Shown: piece by piece, positions 8,942-18,831 of the stretch
Layout of the letters: each line of letters opens with the position of its first letter
How positions within the stretch are numbered: the first letter of the stretch is position 1
NCBI GenBank assembly: GCA_965207035.1
Contig: OZ242259.1
Location: forward strand, 3,117,329 to 3,181,328
Reading direction: 5' to 3'
DNA length: 64,000 bases
From: Bryobacterales bacterium
Lineage (GTDB): Bacteria; Acidobacteriota; Terriglobia; Bryobacterales; UBA6623
Notes under the pieces: generated by a model
Told to the model about the DNA's origin: nothing
The model's database searches: none
What the model saw: the letters and a program-made list of their open reading frames with translations, nothing else
Position numbers and translations under genes: made by a program

Positions 8942-10195
8942 ATGTCGGCCAACATGCAACAACGCTCCCGACGCACGTTCCTGGCGTCACTCGCGGGCGC
9001 CTCGGTTCCCGCCTGGCTGGCAAGCTACCACCGACTCAGCGCGACCACCCACAACAAGGTCAAGATCACCGACATCAAGACGATGATCCTGCAGGGGCCT
9101 CGGACGTACACGCTGGTCCGAGTCGACACGGATGCGGGCGTGCACGGCATCGCCGAGGCCTACGGTTCCCCCGGCCTGGGAATCAAGGAGGAAATTCACG
9201 GCTTGCGCGAGTTGTTCATCGGGAAGGACCCGCTGCAGATCGATCGGCTGTATACCGGATACCGCTACACCGACGGGAGCGCGCACGCCCAGCAGAGGGC
9301 GATGAGCGGCATCGAAATGGCCCTTTGGGACCTGGCCGGCAAGCTGCTTGACGTACCGACGTACAAGCTGCTGGGCGGGAAGTTTCGCGACAAGGTGCGT
9401 CTGTACGACCACTCCCGGCCGGACGACTTCTTCGACAAGGCCGTTCTCCGGGACTGGGCGCAGCAGGTGAAGGAGAGCCCTTTCGGGATCAACATGCACA
9501 AGTTTGGCCCCTTGCGGAACAGTCCGGGCATGGACCCAGGCCGCGATCCCTCCAATCGCATGCTCTCGAGCGACGAACTGCGTAGGTTGCGCCTGGGGTT
9601 CGAGAACTGCCGGGAGGCACTCGGCTTCGAGCACGACATCCTGATCGGCTGCCACTGGGAGTTCGACCTGCGCAGCGCCATAGACATGGCGGTCGCCCTG
9701 ACGGACGTCAAGCCGCTCTTCCTGGAGGACCCTCTGCCAGTCGCCTACTCCGAGAGCTGGAAGCGGCTGGCGGAGATGTCGCCGGTACCGATCTGCACCG
9801 GCGAGAACTGGATGCGCCGCGCCGAGGCGCTACCTTTCGTGGTCAACGCGGCGATCGACATCCTTCACCCTGACCTTCGCAACTCGGGCGGATTCCTCGA
9901 GAACAAGCGCATGGCAGACCTCGCTGACCTGTACTTCCTGCCTATGGCCAACCACAACACCGGAAGCATCGTGAACGGCATGGCGACCGTCCATTGGGGA
10001 TCTACCGTCCGAGACTACTTCGCTTGCGAGACAGTTTTCTTCGACGGTGGCTGGATGGACGATGTCATTGTGCATGACGGGCCGCTGGCAAAGGCCGGCT
10101 TCGTCGAAGTTCCGGACGAGCCGGGCCTTGGGATCGAGCTCGACCCCGACGTGGTCAAGGCGCACCTCGCAGACGGGGAAACCTGGTGGACCTAG
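8942..10195 (+). CDS. Mandelate racemase/muconate lactonizing (enolase superfamily) enzyme with Tat signal
   Basis: SRRTFL twin-arginine motif; GIEMALWDLAGK; FLEDP, TGEN and DILHPD metal-site motifs; PGLGIELD. Confidence 0.9.
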   Translation: MSANMQQRSRRTFLASLAGASVPAWLASYHRLSATTHNKVKITDIKTMILQGPRTYTLVRVDTDAGVHGIAEAYGSPGLGIKEEIHGLRELFIGKDPLQIDRLYTGYRYTDGSAHAQQRAMSGIEMALWDLAGKLLDVPTYKLLGGKFRDKVRLYDHSRPDDFFDKAVLRDWAQQVKESPFGINMHKFGPLRNSPGMDPGRDPSNRMLSSDELRRLRLGFENCREALGFEHDILIGCHWEFDLRSAIDMAVALTDVKPLFLEDPLPVAYSESWKRLAEMSPVPICTGENWMRRAEALPFVVNAAIDILHPDLRNSGGFLENKRMADLADLYFLPMANHNTGSIVNGMATVHWGSTVRDYFACETVFFDGGWMDDVIVHDGPLAKAGFVEVPDEPGLGIELDPDVVKAHLADGETWWT

Positions 10196-10689
10196 AGCGG
10201 AGGCCGACTCTAACTGGGATGTCGGTTTGATGCATAGTTCCCATCTCACGGCGCGCTTGAAGCTGCGGTTCCGCTGAGGAGTCTTCAGTGTCACGAAACA
10301 TCCGTCTCATCCGATTCTCAACGCCAGCTTCCAGAGCCCGGATGTCGATCATGGCCAACCCAGGCGCCAGCACCCTGGGCCAGCCGCGGCGGCAGCGATT
10401 CGGGTTGCCGTTCAATTGATCCATCGATACCCGCTGGCGCCAAGCCGGCCCCAGGTCCGGTGGCATCTGGCCTCCAGCACCTTGAGAGAGACTCTCCTTG
10501 TCGTCCCGAGTTCCGGATCGTGTAACCCTTCGGGCAGACCGTGTGCGGCGTGAATGCGCCTGCCGGGGAACGCGGCTTTGTAGCGACCCAGCGGTCCGCC
10601 AGCTCTTTCGTTCCAAGAGGGAGATGGGCATGAAGGGTGTCAGCCTGCCTGTTATTCTGAGCGTCGGCAAGACTGCCGCCGCCAGCCTG

Positions 10690-11586
10690 ATGGCAAGAAC
10701 CTCAGCACGTCCCGCAGAGCGATCCGCAGCCGCCATCGAGTACCCGTACTCGGACGGCAAGGCAATGGCGGAGAGCCCGCGGCATGTGGACGCGATCCTG
10801 TACGCGCTTGCCATGCTGCGCAACCGGTTCGCAGAATCCAGCCTGGTCCAGGTCGGGGCGAACATGAACCTGTACTACCAGGAAGGCGACGTCGAGAAGA
10901 AGCTGGTCCCGGATCTGTTTGTGGTGCGGGGCCTGGCGGCATTGCCGGAGACCTCCTACCGGGTATGGGAGGCTGGCCGCCCGCCGGGCTTCGTGCTGGA
11001 GGTGGCCTCGCCGGCGAGCGCGGGGCGGGACCGGGGCGTGAAGCGAGCCCTGTACGCATCGATCGGGGTGACGGAGTATTGGCGGTTCAATCCGGTCGGG
11101 TCGCTGCAGGGCGCGTCGCGGCCGGGGCAGCGGCTGGAGGGGAGTACGCTGGCGGGCCTGGGGTATGAGCCGCTGGGCCTGGCAGCGGACGGATCGATTC
11201 GCAGCGAGGTGCTGGAGCTGGATCTGCGGGTGGACAGCCGGCCGGGCATGGAGCACCTGCTGCGCTTCCGCGATCCGGGTACCGGCGAGGACCTGCTGAC
11301 GTTCCGGGAATCGGAGCAGGGCCGGACCGAGGCGGAACGGGCCAAGGCCGAGGCGGAGCAGGCCAGAACCGAAGCCGAGCGGGCCAGAGCCGAGGCCGAG
11401 CGGGCCAGAGCCGAGGCGGAGCGGGCTAAAGCCGAGGCGGAGCTGGCCAGAGCCGCGGCGGAGACGGCGCTGAGTGCGGAGGTTGCGGCGAGGCAGGCCG
11501 CTGATTCGGAAATCGCTCGCCTCAAAGCGCGGATCACCGACGTGCAGGCCGGTCACAAGACACCGGTAACGGACCCAGGCTCGTAG
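10690..11586 (+). CDS. Uma2 family (DUF820) endonuclease-like protein with C-terminal coiled-coil repeats
   Basis: YPYSDGKAMAES, PDLFVV, FVLEVASP and GVTEYWRFNP motifs. Start at 10690 preferred over 10498. Confidence 0.88.
   Translation: MARTSARPAERSAAAIEYPYSDGKAMAESPRHVDAILYALAMLRNRFAESSLVQVGANMNLYYQEGDVEKKLVPDLFVVRGLAALPETSYRVWEAGRPPGFVLEVASPASAGRDRGVKRALYASIGVTEYWRFNPVGSLQGASRPGQRLEGSTLAGLGYEPLGLAADGSIRSEVLELDLRVDSRPGMEHLLRFRDPGTGEDLLTFRESEQGRTEAERAKAEAEQARTEAERARAEAERARAEAERAKAEAELARAAAETALSAEVAARQAADSEIARLKARITDVQAGHKTPVTDPGS
11329..11454 (+). repeat. Six tandem imperfect 21-bp repeats encoding the heptad EAE(R/Q/L)A(K/R)(A/T)
   Basis: Units such as GAGGCGGAACGGGCCAAGGCC and GAGGCCGAGCGGGCCAGAGCC read directly in the sequence. 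Confidence 0.9.
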
Positions 11587-12313
11587 AGTCGAGCCTTTTG
11601 CCACGAATCGCGAGGTGGGGGCGCCCAAGTTCGCGGCGGCCGACGAGCCCGCAACGCGAGGCTTCCTGCGCAGTCAAACAGTTCGAGATCATTCCGATTC
11701 TACGGTGCCATTTGCTTCGTTCTCGCTTCACATCGGGCCTTCAATTCGGAATCATGGCGGACTCACCAGGCCCGAGTCTCGCGCCTGGTGACATCGCCGA
11801 CAATCACGGCCGGCCGGCGCATTCGTAGGCCACGCCAAACAAGAGGTAGTCTCTAACGCCACGTCCGTAGCAACTCCCGCGGACGAAACCGGGGGACTCT
11901 TCAGGCCCGCAGAGCCACCACCCTGTTCCGGGGTGGATCAATCAGGATGAAGCTGATCTCTTGCACTACAATTGAGGTCCGGCTCGGGCTCGCCAGCCAC
12001 GCTCCTTTGAGTCAGTGGAGCATATACTTCCAGGTCAGTTTGGGTCGGCGCAGGCGAACATTGATTGGCAAGGTTTCCGCGAAAGCCCTCCTGGATATCA
12101 GAGTCCGCACTCAATGCCACCTCGGGTCGGAGCCACCCGTCCCCGAGCGCGCTCGCGAACAGTTCTCACGTCCGCCGCGGCACTCCACGGCTCGTTGGTT
12201 GGGCACTTATTATCCGGAAGCCCTCCGAAGTACCATGTGCTGACAGGTCAGCCGACTGGCCAGAGCGTCCGGGAATCCACGACCGACATCGCGCCCTTTG
12301 AGGAGAATCAGAA

Positions 12314-14794
12314 ATGCTGATCGAGGAACAGATCCATGCACGTCAGGAACGTGCGAAAGAGGCCGTCAAGCGCATCCTCTCCAGGCCAAAGGGCAAGCCC
12401 TTCGGCGATTATCATCTGCTTTCCACCAGCGGGCAGGAGTACCGGGTGGCGATGCGCGGCCCTGGCCTGTTCGACAACTATTGCTCCTGCCCTGACTTCT
12501 CCCGCAACACGCTGGGGACGTGCAAGCACATCGAGAGCATCCTGGAGCGGCTGCGCAAACGCTACCGCTCCCAGTTGGAGCGCAGGCGATACGAGCGAGA
12601 GAGGGCATCGCTGTCCCTGCTGTACGGCGAGAGCCTTGATGTGCAGTTGAAGCTTCCGGGAACCCCGGAGCCCTCGCTCAAATCCGTCGCGGCCGAGTAC
12701 TTCGACAGTTCGGGAGTCCTGATGCGCGGGAAATACGCCCAATTCGGGACTGTCCTGGGAGAGTTGCGCCGAGCCGACAGCGCTGCCGTGGTGTACAGCG
12801 ACGTCCTCGACCATGTGGACCGCGTCAACGAACTCGACGAAGGTCTCGCTTGGGAGCGGGAGCAATTGAAGAAGATCGAGGATGGCAAGCGGATCCTGCG
12901 CGGCTTGGTCAAGGTTTCGCTGTTCCCTTACCAGCTGCGGGGCGTCCTGTTCGCGGCGAGCCGGGGCCGCGTCGTGCTGGCCGATGACATGGGGCTGGGC
13001 AAGACCGTCCAAGCCATCGCCGCAGCCACGCTCCTGAAACGGCGCAGCGGCATTGAGCGGGTACTGGTGATCTCGCCCGCTTCCGTGAAGTACCAGTGGA
13101 GAACCGAGATCGAACGTTTCAGCGATCTGTCCGTACAGGTTATTGACGGCGACAAGCTACGCAGGAAGAAGAGATACGCAAGCCCGAAGTTCTTCAATTT
13201 GATTAACTACGAGCTCGTCCGGTGGGACATTGAGGAGCTACGGGCGCTGGGTGCCGACCTGATCATCCTCGACGAGGCGCAGCGCATCCGGAACTGGGCC
13301 ACCAAGACGGCACGCACTGTCAAGCAGTTGAAGAGCCGCTATGCTTTCGTGCTCACCGGAACCCCTCTCGAGAACAAGATCGAAGAACTGTATTCGGTCG
13401 TCGAGTTCGTGGACGGACGCGTGCTGGGGCCTGCCTTCCGCTTCCTGCACGAGCATGTCGAGACGAGCGACACCGGAAAGCTGCTTGGCTACCGGGGATT
13501 GAAGCGGATTCACGAGCAGCTGAAGCCGATTCTGTTGCGTCGAAAGCGCGACGAGGTTCTCAAGCAACTCCCGGAGCGAACCGACCAGACGTTCAGAGTG
13601 CCGTTGACCAAGCAGCAGGCTGAGCCGTACTGGGAGCAGAACGAGATCCTGGGCCGGCTCATGCACAAGTGGAAGCGGCAGGGATGGCTCTCGGAAGTCG
13701 ATTTCCGACGGATCACCTGCTGTCTGCAAAACATGCGCATGCTATGCAATTCGACGTTCCTTTTCGACAAGGAGACCAACCACTCCCCGAAGCTGGACGA
13801 GTTCAGCGAGATCATCCGCGAACTCGCCATCGAGGAAGGGAGAAAGACCGTTGTCTTCAGCGAGTACGAGCGAATGACCCGCTTGGCAGCCAAGGAACTG
13901 ACAAAGCTCGGGATTGAATTCGTGTCGTTGCACGGGGGCGTCCCCACACCCAAGCGGGGCGAGCTGATGGACCGTTTCCGCACGGACCCAAATTGCAGGG
14001 TGTTCCTCTCCACCGATGCAGGCGGCGTCGGGCTGAACCTGCAGTCCGCATCGGCGGTGATCAACTTCGAGCCCCCGTGGAATCCGGCGCGGCTGGAGCA
14101 GCGCATCGGGCGGGTCCACCGCATGGGACAAACCAATCCGGTCCAAGTGATTCACATGCTCACCGAGGACAGCATTGAAGAACGGGTCTGGGAAACGATG
14201 CAACTCAAGAAGGCGCTCTTCTCTGGTCTCTTCGATGCAACTGCCGACGAGGTCAGCTTCGAGAATCTCGGTCGCTCGACCATGCTCAAGGTCGTCGAGG
14301 AGATTATGGACGACGTCCCGGTGACCGCGACCGACACCGAAACAGAATCGGAGCCCGGTCCAGATGCGCCAATCGAAGCCTCTGAAATCGAGGACGACCG
14401 AGCAGGGGCACACGCTACAACCGAACAGGTTCCGCCCGGGGAGACTCGTCCAGCCACGACTACCGGGGACACGCGCCCACCGGCGGCCGAGCCGAGCCCG
14501 TCGGGCCCGTCGCCGGCTTCTGACATGGAAACGGCCGTGGCAGGGCTCTTTGAGGCGGGAGTGAGATTCATGGAGGCGTTTGCCAGTGCGCCGGTCCCAG
14601 CTGCCGGGCAGTCGGGGCGACAGGTTCCGGAGGAGATGCCGCCCCGGGGGAATGGACTCTTGGCAGGCCTGGTTCAGACTGACCCGGAAACAAGCCGACG
14701 GGTGATGGCCATCCCCTTGCCTGAGGGCATGGATGCGGCACGGATCGAGCACGCGGTGGGTGGCCTTCTGCGGAAGCTCTCTGGCACATCCTAA
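12314..14794 (+). CDS. SWIM zinc finger + SNF2-family (DEAD/DEAH) helicase
   Basis: CSCPDF...CKH SWIM motif; LADDMGLGKT; ILDEAQRIRN; LTGTPLEN; STDAGGVGLNLQ; QRIGRVHRMGQ. Confidence 0.92.
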   Translation: MLIEEQIHARQERAKEAVKRILSRPKGKPFGDYHLLSTSGQEYRVAMRGPGLFDNYCSCPDFSRNTLGTCKHIESILERLRKRYRSQLERRRYERERASLSLLYGESLDVQLKLPGTPEPSLKSVAAEYFDSSGVLMRGKYAQFGTVLGELRRADSAAVVYSDVLDHVDRVNELDEGLAWEREQLKKIEDGKRILRGLVKVSLFPYQLRGVLFAASRGRVVLADDMGLGKTVQAIAAATLLKRRSGIERVLVISPASVKYQWRTEIERFSDLSVQVIDGDKLRRKKRYASPKFFNLINYELVRWDIEELRALGADLIILDEAQRIRNWATKTARTVKQLKSRYAFVLTGTPLENKIEELYSVVEFVDGRVLGPAFRFLHEHVETSDTGKLLGYRGLKRIHEQLKPILLRRKRDEVLKQLPERTDQTFRVPLTKQQAEPYWEQNEILGRLMHKWKRQGWLSEVDFRRITCCLQNMRMLCNSTFLFDKETNHSPKLDEFSEIIRELAIEEGRKTVVFSEYERMTRLAAKELTKLGIEFVSLHGGVPTPKRGELMDRFRTDPNCRVFLSTDAGGVGLNLQSASAVINFEPPWNPARLEQRIGRVHRMGQTNPVQVIHMLTEDSIEERVWETMQLKKALFSGLFDATADEVSFENLGRSTMLKVVEEIMDDVPVTATDTETESEPGPDAPIEASEIEDDRAGAHATTEQVPPGETRPATTTGDTRPPAAEPSPSGPSPASDMETAVAGLFEAGVRFMEAFASAPVPAAGQSGRQVPEEMPPRGNGLLAGLVQTDPETSRRVMAIPLPEGMDAARIEHAVGGLLRKLSGTS

Positions 14795-14825
14795 GCGACA
14801 ACCCAAGTGATGCCACATGACCTAG

Positions 14826-15248
14826 CTTGCGGCCATTGAGGAACCGAGGCCTGCACAGCCAACCGGCTCCTCGACGCTCGTCAGCATCCCCGTGCTGCTC
14901 GCGCATCCCAGCCTGACCCTCGAGGTCGTGATTACGGTCGAAGAAGAGGTTCGAGCGGTCAGCGAGAGCCGGAAGCGGCGGCGGCGCAACTGGGTCAGCC
15001 TGGACCGCCGGCTCGTGGATGTCGTCGCCACCCATTCCAGCGCGTCAATGGCCGACCTGTTCGCCATGGTCGACGCCGAGCTGCCCGAGCGGTTCACCAC
15101 TAACGACATTGCAAGGGCCATGAGGTCGTCGCACCGCCTCGGGCAACAGGCCGCGTTCTGCTTTCGTGAAGCGGGCGTCAGCGAGATCTGCGGCAAGGAT
15201 GGCAACGCATTGGTGTATCGACGCATGCCGGGACCGTCCCTTTCCTGA
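14826..15248 (+). pseudogene. 5'-truncated remnant of a conserved hypothetical protein
   Basis: Frame is open only from a TAG at 14823. LVSIPVLLAHPSLTLEV...DRRLVDV...LPERFTTNDIA...GKDGNALVY resembles the C-terminal half of a conserved family I recall; its N-terminal half is absent. Confidence 0.45.
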
Positions 15249-15284
15249 CACGGCATCCAGGGCAAACCCGCGTCGACAATAGGT

Positions 15285-16133
15285 ATGCGGATGCAGCCTG
15301 AGGGACCGACAACGGCGGGTCTGATGTACTCGGACACCGCTGGCGATGGACCGGTGATCGTTTTCCTGCATGGGGTGCTCATGAACCAGACCCTGTGGGA
15401 CGAGGTCGTCGACGGTCTACGGGATCATTACCGCTGCATCGTTCCGGTGCTGCCCTTCGGAGCACACCGAACGCCAATGCCCGATGACGCCGACCTCTCC
15501 CTACAGTCAATCGCGACCATGCTGGCGGAGTTCCTCGTGGAACTCGACCTGCACAACGTCACGCTGGTGTGCAACGACTGGGGCGGCGCACAACTGGCCA
15601 TCAGTCCGGGAGGGTCCGATCGTGTCGCGAATCTCGTCCTGATTTCTTGCGAAGCCTTCGACAACTACCCGCCCGGCCTCCCCGGACGGCTGCTTTGCCT
15701 CAACGCAATCCTGCCAGGCGGTACGTTCCTGTCTGTCCAATTCTTGCGTCCTCGTTGGCTCCGACATCTTCCTTTCACGTTCGGCGGCATGTCGAAGAAG
15801 CGGGTTCCGAACAACCAATTCTTGGGCTGGATCCACCCCGCGTGCCACGACCCAATGGTCCGTCGCGACCTGACCAAGTATCTTCGAAGCGTCCCGACGA
15901 AGAAGCTACTCCTTCAGTGGGCCGAGCGACAGCGATCGTTCCAAGGGCCGACCCTCATCGTCTGGGCACGCGAGGACAAGCTGATGCCGCCCGCCCATGC
16001 CAAACGCCTGGCGGCGCATTTCGAGAACTCGCAACTGGTGTGGGTCGACGACAGCCGGACCCTCATCCCAATCGACCAGCCGGCGATCCTGACGGAACAT
16101 CTCCGTGCGTTCCTTGCTGCGCACGCATCCTGA
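15285..16133 (+). CDS. Alpha/beta fold hydrolase
   Basis: VIVFLHGVLM, nucleophile elbow CNDWGG, PTLIVWAREDK; epoxide hydrolase/dehalogenase-like. Confidence 0.9.
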   Translation: MRMQPEGPTTAGLMYSDTAGDGPVIVFLHGVLMNQTLWDEVVDGLRDHYRCIVPVLPFGAHRTPMPDDADLSLQSIATMLAEFLVELDLHNVTLVCNDWGGAQLAISPGGSDRVANLVLISCEAFDNYPPGLPGRLLCLNAILPGGTFLSVQFLRPRWLRHLPFTFGGMSKKRVPNNQFLGWIHPACHDPMVRRDLTKYLRSVPTKKLLLQWAERQRSFQGPTLIVWAREDKLMPPAHAKRLAAHFENSQLVWVDDSRTLIPIDQPAILTEHLRAFLAAHAS

Positions 16134-16161
16134 CTGCAGACTTGCTTCGGAAAAGCGAGGC

Positions 16162-18105
16162 CTACTGATAGAAGGGATCGGCTTCAAGCCACCGTGGTCC
16201 GTATCGAGGAAGCGGCCGACCCACTTCGAGAGCGCCCAGATCCGGGGCATCTCCGGTGAATTGATCATTGACGGTGGGAATACGGACCCCGGCATCGACA
16301 GCCTTGCCTCCAGGCCTGAGCCGGAAGTTCAGGTCCTTGGCGTGGTAGACGGCGTGGCGCTTCGACGGATCGGGAGGCGCCATGTCCTCGAAGATGTCGA
16401 AATCGATCTCGATTCCGTGCTCCTCCTGGCCGGTGGCGGTCCTGAATTCCGCAAGAGTGGCAAACACTTGGGACTGTGCCGCTCCTTGCGAGCCCTGCGC
16501 CGCGCCCTCGCGAGGGGCGAGCCAGCGATATTGCGCGGCGACACCGCGATTGGGGCGGAAGCCGTTGTAATCCGAGCTGTACGCCGTGGTGGCGTTTGAC
16601 CACCTCATTACTCCGCGATCCGGTGTGTCCCGACCCAAGAAGAGGTTATTGCGGTAGTGCATGTTCGACGTGGTATCGCCCGCCACCTGCTCGCCGATGA
16701 TCGTGTTGTGGTACGCGAACAGTCCCGCTGCCTTGGCTGAGAACTTGAACGCAACGCCGCTGGGGACGTGGTAGAGCAGGTTGCGGATGAAGTAGGCCGG
16801 GCCCCCGAAGACGGGCTGCGCGCTGTAGCCACCATGCGCGGCGTTAACGCCGCGGTTGTTGTAGACGCGGATGTTGTGGACGCCGCCATCGGTCTCGATG
16901 AAGTCATCACCGGATAGGTGGATGTCGTTGTTGTAGATGTCGATCGACGAGGCCCGCCGATGAGGATCAGACTCTGGAGTGCCGTACGTCGATATGCCGA
17001 TGCCGTCGTGGAAGTAGGCAACTGCGTTATGGGCGATGACGTGGCCGGGCCCATAAACCTTGACAGCGTAGTAGCTGCGCACCTCGTGGGACCCGTAGGG
17101 ACCCGCACTGCGCCAGAGCGGACCGGTCCAGCCGACAAGCAGGTTGCGTTGCTCGGCCCGACCCAGAAAGACGTTGTCGGCGATGTAGAAGTCGCTCGAC
17201 CCTTCGTATTCGGTCCAGACGCCGAAGCCGACATCTTCGAAGCGGCAGTTCCTGACAGTCAGGCCGACGGCTCCCGTTACGTTCTTGAATCCGGCGAAGA
17301 TCGCGACGTCCGTGCTGCGAAACGTGATTCCGTCGAAGATGTGGTGCGCTGAGGCAGTGACGTCGAAGAGTCGGTGGTTGCCGGCCCCGTCGAAGACGAC
17401 ATCGCCGTCGCCAGCCGCTCGGATCGTGATCGGCCGTTCAGCCGTTGCCTTGATGGTCAGCCAATTCGTGCCGTCAAACGGCGTCATCATGGGATCGACA
17501 TAGTTGAGCCGGTCATTCCGGTAGAGTCCCGCGTGAACCAAGATCGTGTCACCGGGTTGGACGGGACGCTCCCACACGACGCTCCAGTCACCGAGCCCGG
17601 CGCCGTAGTAGGCCTGCAGCAGGCTTGTAAAGCTCGGTTCCAGCTTCTCTCCCTCGTGATATGGGGGATAGACGTGCCGGATACTACCGCCCTCGTACGG
17701 CTGCGGCTCGGAACGCGTCTTGACCCGGACGGTTTGGGTGGTGTCGCCAGTGGCACCGTCGGGGTCGCTGAGCTGGAACCGGCAGTCGTATTCGGTACCG
17801 GATTCGAGGTTGAGGATGCTGCCCGCGAATCCGTCCGGGACGGTGTAGTCGAGATGCTCCCGATTGCGGAAGACACGCTCGCCTCCGATGCGGACCAGCG
17901 GAAGGGCCTCGCGCCAGGAAGAGTCGCCCACCCTGCGGAATTCAACGGCGACGGAGGCGTTGCGGTTGTCGTCGCCGGTGATGGACCATTCGAAGCCGAG
18001 GTTGTGGAGCGTCGGATGCTCGACAGTGAAGCGACCAGCGGTGATGGAGTCCTGAGCGGAAGCGGTGGCAGACAGCAAGATCAGAGAAGCCAGAAGAGAA
18101 CGCAT
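16162..18105 (-). CDS. Secreted right-handed parallel beta-helix (pectin-lyase-like) protein with N-terminal FN3-like domain
   Basis: Signal peptide MRSLLASLILLSATASA; repeated IADNVF/IAHNAV/IYNNDI/VYNNRG/AYHNTI turns; C-terminal DAG...APDLGALE motif. Confidence 0.75.
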   Translation of the reverse strand: MRSLLASLILLSATASAQDSITAGRFTVEHPTLHNLGFEWSITGDDNRNASVAVEFRRVGDSSWREALPLVRIGGERVFRNREHLDYTVPDGFAGSILNLESGTEYDCRFQLSDPDGATGDTTQTVRVKTRSEPQPYEGGSIRHVYPPYHEGEKLEPSFTSLLQAYYGAGLGDWSVVWERPVQPGDTILVHAGLYRNDRLNYVDPMMTPFDGTNWLTIKATAERPITIRAAGDGDVVFDGAGNHRLFDVTASAHHIFDGITFRSTDVAIFAGFKNVTGAVGLTVRNCRFEDVGFGVWTEYEGSSDFYIADNVFLGRAEQRNLLVGWTGPLWRSAGPYGSHEVRSYYAVKVYGPGHVIAHNAVAYFHDGIGISTYGTPESDPHRRASSIDIYNNDIHLSGDDFIETDGGVHNIRVYNNRGVNAAHGGYSAQPVFGGPAYFIRNLLYHVPSGVAFKFSAKAAGLFAYHNTIIGEQVAGDTTSNMHYRNNLFLGRDTPDRGVMRWSNATTAYSSDYNGFRPNRGVAAQYRWLAPREGAAQGSQGAAQSQVFATLAEFRTATGQEEHGIEIDFDIFEDMAPPDPSKRHAVYHAKDLNFRLRPGGKAVDAGVRIPTVNDQFTGDAPDLGALEVGRPLPRYGPRWLEADPFYQ

Positions 18106-18380
18106 ACTGCTCGATTCTAGCCATTGATTCCGCTCTTGCAGACGGCCTCGGCGCCATTCACGGTTGACCTTGACCGATTCGCTCGTTCGACCGGCCATTT
18201 ACGGGAAGCTCATCGTCAGCTCGGGCGCACAGCCCGAATGGAAATCGATCGTCAAGGGCGACCAAACTGCAGGCCTGATCCTTGCCGGGACGGCGAGTTC
18301 GAGAAGACTGAAGGATGGCATGGTGAGGCCTTCAGTTGAGCGGCAGCAAGTGCGAATTCTGAGGTACCACGAAATCCAAC

Positions 18381-18419
18381 TTGCAATCCTTGCGGTGGAT
18401 GTGTACTATGTACTACACA
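18381..18419 (+). promoter_or_regulatory. Sigma70-like promoter with overlapping palindromic operator
   Basis: TTGCAA (18381-86), 17-nt spacer, TACTAT (18404-09). Inverted repeat TGTGTA-N8-TACACA (18400-18419) and direct repeat TGTACTA x2 cover the -10 box. Confidence 0.6.
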
Positions 18420-18425
18420 CTACTC

Positions 18426-18776
18426 ATGCCGTTCGGATTGTACATACGTGGCCTCCGTGAGTGTCGGCACAGCGACGACCGCTCGTACTCATTGCGCCAA
18501 GTCGCGCAGCGAGTCAGCCTGGAGCCTGCCTACCTGAGCAAGATTGAGCGTGAAGTGGCGTCTCCGCCTTCCGAGGCAACCATCCGCCGGATCGCCGATG
18601 ACCTCGGCGAGAACCCTGACCTCCTGCTCGCAATGGCGGGCAAGGTCTCCAAGGATTTGCAGGAGATCATCATCCGACGGGCGCCGCTTTTCGCGGATCT
18701 GCTCCGAAACCTTAGGGAGGCCCCCGACCATGCGGTCCTGCGGATAGTGCGAGAAGTTCGAGATGGCGATTGGTAG
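18426..18776 (+). CDS. XRE-family helix-turn-helix transcriptional regulator
   Basis: MPFGLYIRGLR...SLRQVAQRVSLEPAYLSKIER...PPSEATI is a typical HTH_3 pattern. Confidence 0.9.
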   Translation: MPFGLYIRGLRECRHSDDRSYSLRQVAQRVSLEPAYLSKIEREVASPPSEATIRRIADDLGENPDLLLAMAGKVSKDLQEIIIRRAPLFADLLRNLREAPDHAVLRIVREVRDGDW

Positions 18777-18831
18777 TGAATCCGATCGAACTAGATCACG
18801 AATGCCCAAGGAGGAATGAAAGACAGCAATC

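Noticed and set aside
8896-8943. TTGACA and TATAAT hexamers upstream of the enolase-family gene
   Set aside because: They are 36 nt apart. The alternative TTGCCC-N15-TATAAT spacing is suboptimal, so no promoter was called.
11329-11454. Short tandem repeats considered as a CRISPR array
   Set aside because: They are contiguous in-frame coding repeats with no unique spacers. The same applies to the NHL repeats, and no cas genes are present.
11862-11889. CGTCCG...CGGACG-AAAC stem resembling hammerhead ribozyme stem II + GAAA
   Set aside because: The required CUGANGA core upstream of the stem is missing (it reads CTAACGCCAC).
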